64,000 bases of DNA from Macrostomum lignano (GCA_002269645.1 NIVC01000815.1:124001-188000); one strand, 5' to 3'. Positions 46,101-58,013 are shown, counted from the stretch's first letter. Notes: generated from the letters alone by a model not told the origin. Made by a program: numbers and translations.

Positions 46101-47924
46101 ATACAGTCCAGCATGTCCTTGAGCGACACAATGGTGTCAGGTTCGGAATTGCGGCCCTTGAGAAACTCTTTGCGCAGATCGAAGAACGAATAGAAATACG
46201 GAAACTGCTCTAGCGAGATCTTCTTCGAGCAGGTCTCCGGGTGGAACACCAGCCGCATGGGATGCTGGCCCTCCAGCACCAGGGTGAATGTCTTGCCACC
46301 CGACTCCGGGTGGATGCCTTTGTTTCGCAGGAACTTGTCCATCTGCAATGCGCATGACGACCGGTGAGGTTTTCTTGTCTCTATTAAGTGAACACGTCAC
46401 TGAACACTACTGTCTAGGAAATTCAGTTTTTACAAGAAACGAATCTAAAATTATATAATATCAGTCTATGGCTTCAGGACCGCTGACGCCATTGAAGTCA
46501 AGAGACTATGAGTTACTGCTGAGAGTCGAATAGAAGTCAAGGGGGTCAGCTGCCCTCGCCCCTTCATCAATCACGTGAAGATGCGTGGTGGTCGCGATTC
46601 TTGAAAAAATATCGTCTTACTAAAACATTACGGTTAACGGGTCGTTTCACAAACCCGAAATTTCACAAATGTCGAAAGACCCTGTCGAAATTTCGGGTTT
46701 GTGAAATCTCCTATCCATCCAGTGTATTTTGACATTGTGAAATTTCTAATTATAAGAGCCAACCATGACTTACTCACTACTGAGTTTTTGGCAGCTGACA
46801 AAAACTTTACAACCTTAAACTCTAACTTAGGACTCAATCATAAGCGCAGTGCTCTAAAAAAATTATAACAAACTTTTTAAATCTTTATAAAACTGACAAT
46901 AAATGCGCACCTCTTCGAGCACAGACTCGAGGTAGCTCGCCGAATGGAACGAGTCGGCGCTAAGTCCCGTCTCCGACCGGCACTCCTCAGATATAGTTGC
47001 CAAGCCGTCCTCCTCGGAGCTGTCCGAACCAGTCTGGCCAGGGTTCACCTGCGGCTTCACCAGGTGCTGCTCGACCGCGATGATCTGGCATCGTTTATAT
47101 TAAGGTGTACATTGTAATGCGCCTATAAAACACTATAGTGACCTAATTAAAGGCTCCTACTCACCGGTAACCTTGGATTTCAGCGGGCCAGTGGGAAGGG
47201 GGTCGCTTGAACGTGCCCCCCATGTTCTGCCCTCAGTGTGCCCCCCCCCCCTATGTTCTGCCCTCAGTGTGCCCCCCCCCCCTATGTTCTGCCCTCAGTG
47301 TGCCCCCCATGTTCTGCCCTCAGTGTGGCGCCCCCCATGTTCTGCCCTCAGTGTGCCCCCCCCCCCCTATGTTCTGCCCTCAAGTGTGGCGCCCCCCATG
47401 TTCTGCCCTCAGTGTGGCGCCCCCCATGTTCTGCCCTCAGTGTGGCGGCCCCCCATGTTCTGCCCTCAGTGTGGCGGCCCCCCATGTTCTGCCCTCAGTG
47501 TGGCGCCCCCCATGTTCTGCCCTCAGTGTGGCGCCCCCCATGTTCTGCCCTCAGTGTGGCGGCCCCCCATGTTCTGCCCTCAGTGTGGCGGCCCCCATGT
47601 TCTGCCCTCAGTGTGGCGGCCCCCCATGTTCTGCCCTCAGTGTGGCGCCCCCCCATGTTCTGCCCTCAGTGTGGCGGCCCCCCATGTTCTGCCCTCAGTG
47701 TGGCGGCCCCCCATGTTCTGCCCCCAGTGTGGCGCCCCCCATGTTCTGCCCTCAGTGTGGCGCCGCTACCGAAACAAGCGCCAAGATCTCCTCACCTTGT
47801 TATGCCGCACATCGTGAATGAGGTAGGCTATCAGGCAGATTGGCGCCTCGTCTGTGCCAATCTCTTCGCCCTGCTTGCCGCAGGTGGTCAGGTGCAAAGC
47901 CACTAAGTAGTCGGGCTGAGGCAT
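34191..47924 (-). CDS. ESRP: Epithelial splicing regulatory protein / fusilli: DnaQ-like N-terminal domain plus 4 RRM-type domains, 9 exons, frameshifted in exons 7-9 as assembled
   Basis: GT-AG, phase-compatible exons 47924-47796, 47084-46911, 46342-46105, 43429-43340, 42775-42721, 41473-41083, 36518-36099, 35471-34763, 34366-34191. Diagnostic peptides [36 protein letters not shown]...[35 protein letters not shown]. At least 6 single-base deletions break the frame in the last three exons. Confidence 0.92.
34395..34746. repeat. Minisatellite, about 30-32-bp unit TAGATGCGTGCAAATAGGGTGTGCAATTTGA, in last ESRP intron
   Basis: About 11 degenerate copies filling the intron almost end to end. Confidence 0.9.
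35600..36068. repeat. Minisatellite, 24-bp unit GAATTCGAACCCAGGA(T/C)CTTGATG, in ESRP intron
   Basis: About 19 copies. The reverse complement resembles a tRNA variable loop/T-arm. Confidence 0.92.
37470..37745. repeat. Minisatellite, about 22-bp unit GGATACG(A/G)CGGGGATTTCCCTT
   Basis: About 12 degenerate copies in the ESRP intron. Confidence 0.85.
39529..40850. repeat. G-rich compound minisatellite (21-22-bp TATGGGGAGGGCACAGAGGTG grading into 19-20-bp GGGTATGGGAGGGCACAG/CCGG)
   Basis: 1.3 kb in the ESRP intron with a unit-type gradient along the array. It accounts for six spurious long ORFs in the track. Confidence 0.95.
41735..41940. repeat. Minisatellite, 18-bp unit GATATTCTGGTGAT(T/C)CAG
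   Basis: About 11 copies, intronic in ESRP. Confidence 0.92.
42950..43318. repeat. Minisatellite, 40-bp unit CATTGGGATCTGAGATATGGGATTTTTATCCCAAACTACC
   Basis: About 9 copies with an internal GGGAT...ATCCC hairpin. Begins about 20 nt from the exon-4 donor. Confidence 0.95.
45070..46078. repeat. Minisatellite, 20-21-bp units CCTCCAGTGCTA(T/C)CCCCTTGT and CCTCCAGTGCTACCTCAGGT
   Basis: About 49 copies. A 62-bp trimeric higher-order unit occupies the left part, and a homogeneous 20-mer lies next to the exon-3 donor. Confidence 0.95.
47215..47765. repeat. Minisatellite, about 28-bp unit CCCCCCATGTTCTGCCCTCAGTGTGGCG
   Basis: About 19 copies with a variable C-run, in ESRP intron 1. Confidence 0.93.
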
Positions 47925-49356
47925 GATGCTCGAATTAGAATTTCCTGGATTCGGTTGTTTTCCAACAACAGCAGCAGCGGCAGCGGCGGTGGTGGTGGGC
48001 CTGTCAGGCGGCGGCGAAGAGCCAGATATCGCAACTCCGAGTTCGCCCACTGGCGCTGCTGCAGCCGCAGCTGCTTTAGTAGTAGCGGAGGAGGCCAAGC
48101 GGCGGTTGGTTGCTCTCGCTGCCTGGCCTGGCGGGGGGAGGTTTGGTTGGTTAACTCCTTACTCAGCTTGAGCAGGCTAGGGGGACTGACGGAGCCAATA
48201 CGGCCGCTGGGGCTCCAGCCAGCCACCCCCGCCCGCCAAACCTTCTCTGCCCCCCCTTGAGTCCTCGTGTTTGAGCAGTTCTAATCTCCCTCGTTCCTCG
48301 ACTGTTCAAATCGGAGGTACGAGTATTGTGTTGCAATCGCATAGCATATCCGTTCTCAGCCTAAGCTAGCTGTGCTCAAATTAAACTGTATGAAATCAAA
48401 CTCGAGCTTGATAAAAAAACTTAATAAAAACTACGACTACGACTATAAATCCCCCGAGTTCGTCTACGCACGCAAACAGAAACAAATAATATTTGGGAAG
48501 AAACTTTCATTTCCTGTGGTGGTGAAAGGGAATCGAAAAAACTCAGTTTTTGCACTGTCAATTAAGGCTAAGAACTGGCCTTTCAGTTTTAGCTAACCTT
48601 TCCCTGTCTTCTACTGCAGTGTCCTTACACACACACTACATACTCCGATTGTTGCTTTGCAGGTGTAATGCGAGCGATCCAATCCTTCCCAATGGGTGAG
48701 CCAGGTCCATGTGACTACAGGCACCTATAGATGAAATCCTGTTTATTAAATATCAATCAATCACGAGTCAATCCATATGGGTTTCTATTGAGCAACTAGT
48801 TTTAGTCTTTTATACTCAGCTGCCCCCAGACAAGAGTTCATCAACAGGTTGTTGTCATACAGGGCCAAGGGGCGCCAGCACAGCGAACGGCGAGTGGTTT
48901 AGCTGTTGTGAAGTTATAACTCCCAATGGGTCGCATACAACACAAACCTGCAATTCATAGATTCTTACCCATGCTACATTTGTAGAGCCTCATTCTGGTT
49001 TTAGCTTCGACAATTGAGCTCAGCAGATTAAAAGTTCAATTAAAATATAATGCTAAAAAACTCGCAAGTATAAAGAAATGACGAGTCGGTTTTTCACCTG
49101 TCAATAAATAATTTATTGACGAGTTGATTTTTTATGCAAATATTCTGATTATAATTAATCAGAGTCAAGTAAACTGCAAACGGTCGAACGGAGGTGGTAT
49201 GAGGGGCTGTCGTTGTCAATCTCTCCTCCATTGGCATTGTCATCGTGCACAAGGCAAGATAGACATGTACAGCAGTATTTTATTTCAAAAATGTCAACAT
49301 ATCAGGGTCAGAAATTTCACTAATTAGTATAGGGGGGGGGGCAAAAACAAACTCAC

Positions 49357-51223
49357 CGTTCTCGCAGGTGAAGCGAAGCAGGGCGCACGGCTCGTCACTA
49401 ATTAGGGTGCGCGCGAATATGTCGTCGCAGATGCACTTGGACGGGCAGGTGGTGAAGGCCGCCATCTGGTGCAGGTGGAAGGCAAAGTGGAAACTTGAAT
49501 TGCACAGGTTGAAACTTAGAGGGAGGGGGCGGCCTCTATGGCTTGGCTTTTCAACTGGCGGAGGGGATAGGGGTGGTGGCGTGGCTTGCGTATGTACATT
49601 GACACTGTACATTGATAGAGCAACCTCTGTTCTCCAAGCCAAGTAGCGGGTACCGCCGGGCAGACAGGATCGATATTTATTTAGTATTATTATTACTATT
49701 ACTATGGCTCCCTGTTAATTAGAGGTGCAACTTAGAGGCCATGATGCAAATGTTTACGAACTTGACGGCGGCGGCGGCAAAGATAAAAGGAAGGTGAATA
49801 AGGCGAGCATGTTGTTATTGGGGTCTCTCCCTGTTTATCTGAGCTCTGTCGTCAGCCCTGCTTGTGTCTCTTGAACATTCAATTTAAGATTTCGCTTTTG
49901 CCCAGAACTTTTACTATTCTGTGAGTTTTTGAATGTTGACTTGAACCTGTAGTGTAGGAAATGCTATAAACGAATTGTAAACAATTCTTTCTTTTCTTCT
50001 GCGCAAAATTTATGCAAAATTTTACAAGTGAAACTATAAATTTAATTAAAATCAGATTTATACATTCACGCCAAAATTACTAGTGCCATTTAAAATATGC
50101 ATATAAAAATATATTGTTTACTGATGTTAAAGTTTGCTATATTACTTTTAGTAGGCCAAGCTCAACCAGAAAAATAGGCTTTATTATTTTAAAAGTAGAT
50201 AAAAGACAAAACTAAAAAACAACTTCATCTCTCACGGAAAGTCCTTAGAATCTTTAAACAGATTCACAGGATCAGAATAAGTGCACAGTCCCTAAACACC
50301 CATAGTCCCTAGATCAGACAGAAACCCACAGTCCAGAGATCAGAACCCACAGTCCCTGGATCAGAACCCACACTCCCTGGATCAGAACCCACACTCCCTG
50401 GATCAGAACCCACACTCCCTGGATCAGAACCCACAGTCCCTGGATCAGAACTCACACTCCCTGGATCAGAACCCACAGTCCCTGGATCAGAACTCACTCC
50501 CTGGATCAGAACCCACAGTCCCTGGATCAGAACCGACAGTCTCTGGATCAGAACAGAACAGAAGCACAGTCGGGGTAGCGGAAGTTCTTCATTCCAGGAA
50601 TCCGCAGTGCAAATGCATGATGAGATGACAGATAACGCGGCAAGCGACAGAGCGCAGCAGTTTTAACTTTGAACTGATGGATGATGGGTTTATGCAAAAC
50701 AGCTAGAAAAATCGAACTATAAGTAAAAAACGAGGGACCTCCTCCTTGGTCCCATATCTTTCCTATATGGTGCAAGGTCATCGCTTTGGAAATATTCCTT
50801 CGATATTGGAGCCGCAGGGTGACGCTGTGTATTTCCGTCAGGCAGCTGTCACCTGCGGATCGCAACTGTCTAGCATCGCACAGGGCGGTGGCGGCAAGGC
50901 AGATGGATACTGCTGCCTGACCCCTAGAACTTCCCAAATCCTATTTGTATTCCCATATCTTAGCCATGGCATCAGCTGCAGTCTTTTTAAAATGCACACA
51001 CAGCGAAATGCAACTTTACTGAAACATTCTTGTACAGCAGCAGCAGTCATCAGCCATCAGCCATCGGGATACCGCGGTGCGGAGGGGTGTGTGCAATTCC
51101 CTGATTTTTTTCTCAACCCTGAATGCACTGCATGCATGCATGGCTTTTCAATGACTTACATATTGCGGTAAATGCATGTACTACGAGCTATAATTAAAAT
51201 TTTGATCGACGAAAAAATTCTAT

Positions 51224-51276
<53 letters not shown>

Positions 51277-51720
51277 AAGAGAGAGAGAGAGAGAGCGCGA
51301 ACAGTCGTCATTTAAGCGACGGAGATTTCTTGCAGAGAATGCATGCAGCAGCTGTCTTTGTCCGCTATGGAATCGAGCATCTCTGCATTACTGGCTGAAA
51401 CTTTCACACCGGTCCTGCGCTGAATCTCCTATCATCTCCCACGTTGCCCAGGAGGTTACTTATACATCGCTATATTGGAAGTTTTTAACGCAATTCTATC
51501 TAGGAGAAATGGCGCGATCCCATTTAGGGGGGGGGGGGTCGGGGATAAACAATTTACATGTGGCGGTTGGCGGTTGTAGTTGCACTTTTTAGAAGGCTGT
51601 TTTGCACAGCCTCGAATTACACAGTACGAATGTGCACTTACTGTATACATTTAGTGCATGCATGTCCCAAACATATTGTTCCCTCCAATATAGAAGAAGA
51701 TCTGTCATTTCCACAGAGCC
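49357..51720 (-). CDS. Putative unknown multi-exon gene, partial model
   Basis: Exon 51720-51642 (CTGCAG|GSVEMTDLLLYWREQYVWDMHALNVY, donor A|GTAAGT) joins in phase 1 to an exon starting at 50852 (CCGCAG|GT, DSCLTEIHSVTLRLQY...). Another exon ends at about 49357 with G|GTGAGT (...CPSKCICDDIFARTLISDEPCALLRFTCEN). No recognisable domain. Confidence 0.3.
50310..50552. repeat. Minisatellite, 21-bp unit CCTGGATCAGAACCCACA(C/G)TC
   Basis: About 11 copies. Confidence 0.92.
51229..51297. repeat. (AG)n microsatellite
   Basis: Near-perfect dinucleotide run. Confidence 0.95.
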
Positions 51721-52009
51721 CTGCAGCTTTCACTGATGCACCACCGTCCTCCGACTGAAGCAATACGCAGTGTAGGTGAACAGCGACAGAACGACCGTGC
51801 AATCGTTTCATGCAGACATTGCCAAATTGCAACTTTGTGCCATTTAAAGCTTTGATGATGAATAAAACACGTCTGGCTTGCTGGCTTTTGCTTTTTCTTC
51901 AGCTGCACTATTGAATTAGATTGTGACCGTTTGTCTTTTCACCTGCGCATTTTATCAGAACCAAAAATGGTAGATACTGCAGATGCAGTTAAACAGTGAA
52001 CACTGCCCT

Positions 52010-53045
52010 GAGACAGGAGATTGGCAGTCCAATAAAGAGACAGGAAAGTGACAGCCCAATTCAGAGACAGGAGAGTAACAGTCCAATTCAGAGACAGGAG
52101 AGTAACAGTCCAATTCAGAGACAGGAGAGTAACAGTCCAATAAAGAGACAGGAGAGTAACAGTCCAATAAAGAGACAGGAGAGTGACAGTCCAATACAGA
52201 GACAGGAGAGTGACAGTCCAATAAAGAGACAGGAAAGTGACAGCCCAATTCAGAGACAGGAGAGTAACAGTCCAATAAAGAGACAGGAAAGTGACAGCCC
52301 AATACAGAGACAGGAGAGTAACAGTCCAATAAAGAGACAGGAGAGTGACAGTCCAATAAAGAGACAGGAGAGTAACAGTCCAATTCAGAGACAGGAGAGT
52401 AACAGTCCAATAAAGAGACAGGAGAGTGACAGTCCAATACAGAGACAGGAGAGTGACAGTCCAATAAAGAGACAGGAGAGTAACAGTCCAATAAAGAGAC
52501 AGGAGAGTAACAGTCCAATAAAGAGACAGGAGAGTAACAGTCCAATACAGAGACAGGAGAGTGACAGTCCAATACAGAGACAGGAGAGTAACAGTCCAAT
52601 AAAGAGACAGGAGAGTAACAGTCCAATACAGAGACAGGAGAGTGACAGTCCAATACAGAGACAGGAGAGTAACAGTCCAATAAAGAGACAGGAGAGTGAC
52701 AGTCCAATAAAGAGACAGGAGAGTAACAGTCCAATTCAGAGACAGGAGAGTAACAGTCCAATAAAGAGACAGGAGAGTGACAGTCCAATACAGAGACAGG
52801 AGAGTGACAGTCCAATAAAGAGACAGGAAAGTGACAGCCCAATTCAGAGACAGGAGAGTAACAGTCCAATAAAGAGACAGGAAAGTGACAGCCCAATACA
52901 GAGACAGGAGAGTAACAGTCCAATAAAGAGACAGGAAAGTGACAGCCCAATTCAGAGACAGGAGAGTAACAGTACAATAAAGAGACAGGAAAGTGACAGT
53001 CCCAGAGAGACAGGAGAGTGACAGTCCCAGAGAGACAGGAGAGTC
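52010..53045. repeat. Purine-rich minisatellite, 27-bp unit GAGACAGGAGAGT(A/G)ACAGTCCAATAAA
   Basis: About 38 copies. Confidence 0.95.
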
Positions 53046-53134
53046 GTGAGACAGATGTTGACAACACAGATGGTCAATGCTGGCGGGAGGTCCTGTCCCA
53101 CTCGCAAAAACTCACCCTATAGTCCTCGTGCTAC

Positions 53135-53140
53135 TTTATT
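53135..53140 (-). promoter_or_regulatory. Candidate polyadenylation signal of the NATAP-repeat gene
   Basis: AATAAA on the minus strand about 20 nt after TGA (53159-53161). Confidence 0.5.
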
Positions 53141-53158
53141 GGTGCAAAGGCTGCGGAA

Positions 53159-55174
53159 TCAGTGAGTGCAGAAGCGGTCGAGCCCGAGCTGCCACAGGCA
53201 CATCCAGGCCGCGGACTTCATGACGCCTGCATCGATGGCCTGTGCCGCGGACGGCTGTATCTCTGCTTCTGCCTTACTCTTTTCGCCGAATTTAAAAAGG
53301 CCGCAGGTAAAAATCGTTTTGCAGTTTAGTGAAATCACCTGTTGGGAGAAAAAATTTCTAAGCTATTTCAAGATTCAGTCCCATGACGATGTTGAATTGA
53401 TTGGAGAATTCTGTGCAGTCCTTTCCAGCATCCTTCTGAAGGAGCATTTTTTCTTGCTTATTCTAGCGTTGCTAGGCGGTGGGAGTTGGAGGCAAGCTTT
53501 TTTTAAGAGGTTGGGCCGCCACTTTTTGATCCAACTGTCGAGCCTCTCGCAAAAAATATTGTCCCGAAAAGTCGCGGCAGCCCAGGTAGCTCGTAGCATG
53601 AGAGAGAGGGGGGACAGATCATTGGGGATCAGCATTGGTGCTGTTTGGTCGAATAGGGACCTGGCCAGGGCTATCGAGCCGCCACCGCCAGTTCCCCTCC
53701 CCCCTCCATCTTGCATGCAGTGGCGCTGTTGCCGACTGCTTGATGACGCTGCCGCATTTTTTTCCTATACTGCTGGTTGGCAAGCCGCGCAAACTTCTGC
53801 GATCTTTCGATTTTATAAATGCAGCTATTAGCATGCGCGGGTTCCCACACTCGGGGGCCCAGTCAGGATTCTTCATTGGGGGGGGGGTTGGATCTTTCGG
53901 TCCCGACATTCCATTTGAGTGGGCTGTAGCACCAAAGTCTGTAGCACCAGAGTCTGTAGCACCAGGGGCTGTAGCACCAGAGGCTGTAGGGGCTGTAGCA
54001 TTAGGGGCTGTAGCATTAGGGGCTGTAGCATTAGGGGCTGTAGCATTAGGGGCTGTAGCATTAGGGGCTGTAGCATTAGGGGCTGTAGCATTAGGGGCTG
54101 TAGCATTAGGGGCTGTAGCATTAGGGGCTGTAGCATTAGGGGCTGTAGCATTAGGGGCTGTAGCACCAGAGTCTGTAGCACCAGAGGCTGTAGGGGCTGT
54201 AGCATTAGGGGCTGTAGCATTAGGGGCTGTAGCATTAGGGGCTGTAGCATTAGGGGCTGTAGCATTAGGGGCTGTAGCATTAGGGGCTGTAGCATTAGGG
54301 GCTGTAGCATTAGGGGCTGTAGCATTAGGGGCTGTAGCATTAGAGGCTGTAGCATTAGTGGCTGTAGCATTAGAGGCTGTAGCATTAGAGGCTGTAGCAT
54401 TAGAAGCTGTAGCATTAGAGGCTGTAGCATTAGAGGCTGTAGCATTAGAAGCTGTAGCATTAGGGGCTGTAGCATTAGGGGCTGTAGCATTAGGGGCTGT
54501 AGCATTAGGGGCTGTAGCATTAGGGGCTGTAGCATTAGGGGCTGTAGCATTAGGGGCTGTAGCATTAGAGGCTGTAGCATTAGGGGCTGTAGCATTAGGG
54601 GCTGTAGCATTAGGGGCTGTAGCATTAGGGGCTGTAGCATTAGAGGCTGTAGCATTAGGGGCTGTAGCATTAGAGGCTGTAGCATTAGGGGCTGTAGCAT
54701 TAGGGGCTGTAGCATTAGGGGCTGTAGCATTAGGGGCTGTAGCATTAGGGGCTGTAGCATTAGGGGCTGTAGCATTAGGGCTGTAGCATTAGGGGCTGTA
54801 GCATTAGGGGCTGTAGCATTAGGGGCTGTAGCATTGGGGCTGTAGCATTGGGGCTGTAGCATTAGGGGCTGTAGCACTAGGGCTGTAGCACTAGAGGCTG
54901 TAAGGCTGTAGCGCCAGTCTGTAGCACCAGGAGGGGCTGCCGGGGCGCCAGTACCCGGGGCGCCAGCACATGGGGCGTCAAAGCTGTTGCAAGGGTTACC
55001 CCATGTACTTTTGCCAGCGGATGGGGGCGCCACGACCCCCCCCCCCTTGCCCCCTAGCTTGCCCCTCCCCGAGCAGATTTTGATAGTCGCCTGGCTGCAC
55101 GATGAAGTGAAGATCTGCACGATGAACAAAACACAAAGCACAAAGAAAACACACGGCAGGATTGCCGCCATCAT
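53159..55174 (-). CDS. Putative secreted mucin-like glycoprotein with an (NATAP)n array and a Cys-containing C-terminal region; internal structure uncertain
   Basis: Acceptor CTCCTTCTAG 3 nt before ATG 55174, and signal peptide MMAAILPCVFFVLCVLFIVQIFTSSCSQA. The NATAP frame is open from about 54777 to 53622. Terminal exon 53338-53159 has a strong acceptor TTTTTTCTCCCAACAG, a stop and AATAAA. Frame continuity needs splicing or correction of indels. Confidence 0.55.
53925..54925. repeat. 15-bp tandem repeat TTAGGGGCTGTAGCA (minus strand AAT GCT ACA GCC CCT)
   Basis: About 60 units. Internal variants keep a multiple of 3, and 14-bp units occur only at the 54.78-54.9 kb edge. Confidence 0.96.
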
Positions 55175-55529
55175 CGCCTAGAAGGAGCAGCTTAGTCTCT
55201 GCGCGTGCTATCCTGCCAGATCCGTTCCTGCTGGTGCCCCCGCAGCCCTTCTTGACGCGCGACAGTTGGCCCACTTGATCTCTCTTGTACTGTCAGCCCG
55301 GGTGCAGCGCTTTCGAATCTTAATGAATTCTTTGGGAAAAGTCAAGTCTATTTGCCTGCAATTCTCGATCAAAAACCATCTCTATCTATCGCGTGCACTG
55401 CGTCTTGTGCGTGGCATTTCATTTGTCTGCATGCCCATCAGTGGGGTATTGCGGTAAGACTAAAACAACTCAGACAAATGCCAATGGTGTACAAGACACT
55501 CTATTGAGCTGTACAAGATACGATTACTT

Positions 55530-56710
55530 TATTTAGCTGTGTACAATAATCTATGGTGATCAATGCCGAGCTGTGTACAATAATCTATTGTGAACGCCGA
55601 GCTGTGTACAATAATCTATGGTGAACGCCGAGCTGTGTACAATAATCTATGGTGAACGCCGAGCTGTGTACAATAATCTATGGTGAACGCCGAGCTGTGT
55701 ACAATAATCTATGGTGAACGCCGAGCTGTGTACAATAATCTATGGTGAATGCCGAGCTGTGTACAATAATCTATGGTGAACGCCGAGCTGTGTACAATAA
55801 TCTATGGTGAACGCCGAGCTGTGTACAATAATCTATGGTGAACGCCGAGCTGTGTACAATAATCTATGGTGAACGCCGAGCTGTGTACAATAATCTATGG
55901 TGAACGCCGAGCTGTGTACAATAATCTATGGTGAACGCCGAGCTGTGTACAATAATCTATGGTGAACGCTGAGCTGTGTACAATAATCTATGGTGAACGC
56001 CGAGCTGTGTACAATAATCTATGGTGAACGCCGAGCTGTGTACAATAATCTATGGTGAACGCCGAGCTGTGTACAATAATCTATGGTGAATGCCGAGCTG
56101 TGTACAATAATCTATGGTGAACGCCGAGCTGTGTACAATAATCTATGGTGAACGCCGAGCTGTGTACAATAATCTATGGTGAACGCCGAGCTGTGTACAA
56201 TAATCTATGGTGAACGCTGAGCTGTGTACAATAATCTATGGTGAACGCCGAGCTGTGTACAATAATCTATGGTGAACGCCGAGCTGTGTACAATAATCTA
56301 TGGTGATCAATGCCGAGCTGTGTACAATAGTCTATGGTGAACGCCGAGCTGTGTACAATAATCTATGGTGAACGCCGAGCTGTGTACAATAATCTATGGT
56401 GAACGCCGAGCTGTGTACAATAATCTATGGTGAATGCCGAGCTGTGTACAATAATCTATGGTGAACGCCGAGCTGTGTACAATAATCTATGGTGAACGCC
56501 GAGCTGTGTACAATAATCTATGGTGAACGCCGAGCTGTGTACAATAATCTATGGTGAATGCCGAGCTGTGTACAATAATCTATGGTGAATGCCGAGCTGT
56601 GTACAATAATCTATGGTGATCAACGCCGAGCTGTGTACAATAATCTATGGTGATCAACGCCGAGCTGTGTACAATAATCTATGGTGATCAACGCCGAGCT
56701 GTGTACAAGA
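55530..56710. repeat. Minisatellite, 31-bp unit GAGCTGTGTACAATAATCTATGGTGAACGCC
   Basis: About 37 highly similar copies, with occasional 34-bp ATC-insertion variants. Confidence 0.97.
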
Positions 56711-57523
56711 AATCTAAGCATATTTAATCAGACAAATAAGCAGCATTTTTAGTTTATCTTCTATTCAAACAACAGACAAGATGCAACACTGCGATTTAAT
56801 AAAGTTATATTTATATGATAAAAAAGATTCGTTGGCTACAAAATGAGTTTATTGCTGCATACATGTAGTAATTGTACGCTCAAACAAGACAGAAACAATG
56901 ACAACAAAGAAGCGAGCAGAATAAACAAAACACACGCGGGAAAAAGCACAAACAAAAGACAACAACACACAACTAGCTAAGCTAAATTGCGCGAGAAAAG
57001 AAAATCTCTAAAAATTTACGCGCTTTGAAGAAAATGATAAAAAAAGAAACGGTTTTGATAAACATTGCTATAGGGGTGCTGTGCAAGTCTATAGTAACAT
57101 AATATTACTAAGCATAGCTATCTGCATACTCGTATTCCTGCTGAAAATTGCCAAAACTTCTAGAGAAAAGAGGAAACTGTTGTCAATAAAGTTAGCTGGG
57201 ACCACGCCAGGCCAGCATCACATGAGGGGGGATAGCAGTCGCATTTGGGAAGAAAATTTTCTAAATAGTTGATCCCAGATCATAGACGCGGGCCCTTGCT
57301 GGTCTCGAAGATCCAAACACAAAATGCTGAACAGCCTATGGTAAGTGAAAACAGAATCTGCACATTGTAAACACAGTTCGCCGTGGAGATCCGGTGGTAC
57401 AGAAGGGAACGGGGAGGTGAGCTTTCAGCACTGCTGCCGGCTTCTTCAAGTCACTGATGGGGCTGGCTCGGATGCTGTGTTGCAAGCTGCGCCGCTGCGA
57501 ATATTCACCACTGCAAGAGGCAT

Positions 57524-58013
57524 TGACTGACTGACTGACTGACTGACTGACTGACTGACTGACTGACTGACTGACTGACTGACTGACTGACTGACTGACT
57601 GACTGACTGACTGACTGACTGACTGACTGACTGACTGACTGACTGACTGACTGACTGACTGACTGACTGACTGACTGACTGACTGACTGACTGACTGACT
57701 GACTGACTGACTGACTGACTGACTGACTGACTGACTGACTGACTGACTGACTGACTGACTGACTGACTGACTGACTGACTGACTGACTGACTGACTGACT
57801 GACTGACTGACTGACTGACTGACTGACTGACTGACTGACTGACTGACTGACTGACTGACTGACTGACTGACTGACTGACTGACTGACTGACTGACTGACT
57901 GACTGACTGACTGACTGACTGACTGACTGACTGACTGACTGACTGACTGACTGACTGACTGACTGACTGACTGACTGACTGACTGACTGACTGACTGACT
58001 GACTGACTGACTC
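57524..58013. repeat. (GACT)n tetranucleotide microsatellite
   Basis: About 122 perfect units, bracketed on the minus strand by donor GTGAGT (58023) and acceptor CCTCTTGCAG (57511). Confidence 0.98.

Noticed and set aside
45005-46213. Long ORFs over the 45-kb array, and similar repeat ORFs at 2.4, 7.8-9.2, 13.5, 19.4, 21, 22-23.6, 26, 30.5, 47.2 and 52 kb
   Set aside because: They are periodic peptides from stop-free repeat units, often with GTG/TTG starts, and lie in introns or UTRs without coding context.
53635-54845. Plus-strand (AVALG)n and (GCSIR)n ORFs and the minus-strand (LQPLM)n frame
   Set aside because: They are alternative frames of the 15-bp array. Only the NATAP frame runs into the unique downstream coding-like sequence on the strand carrying the signal peptide, terminal exon and poly(A) signal.
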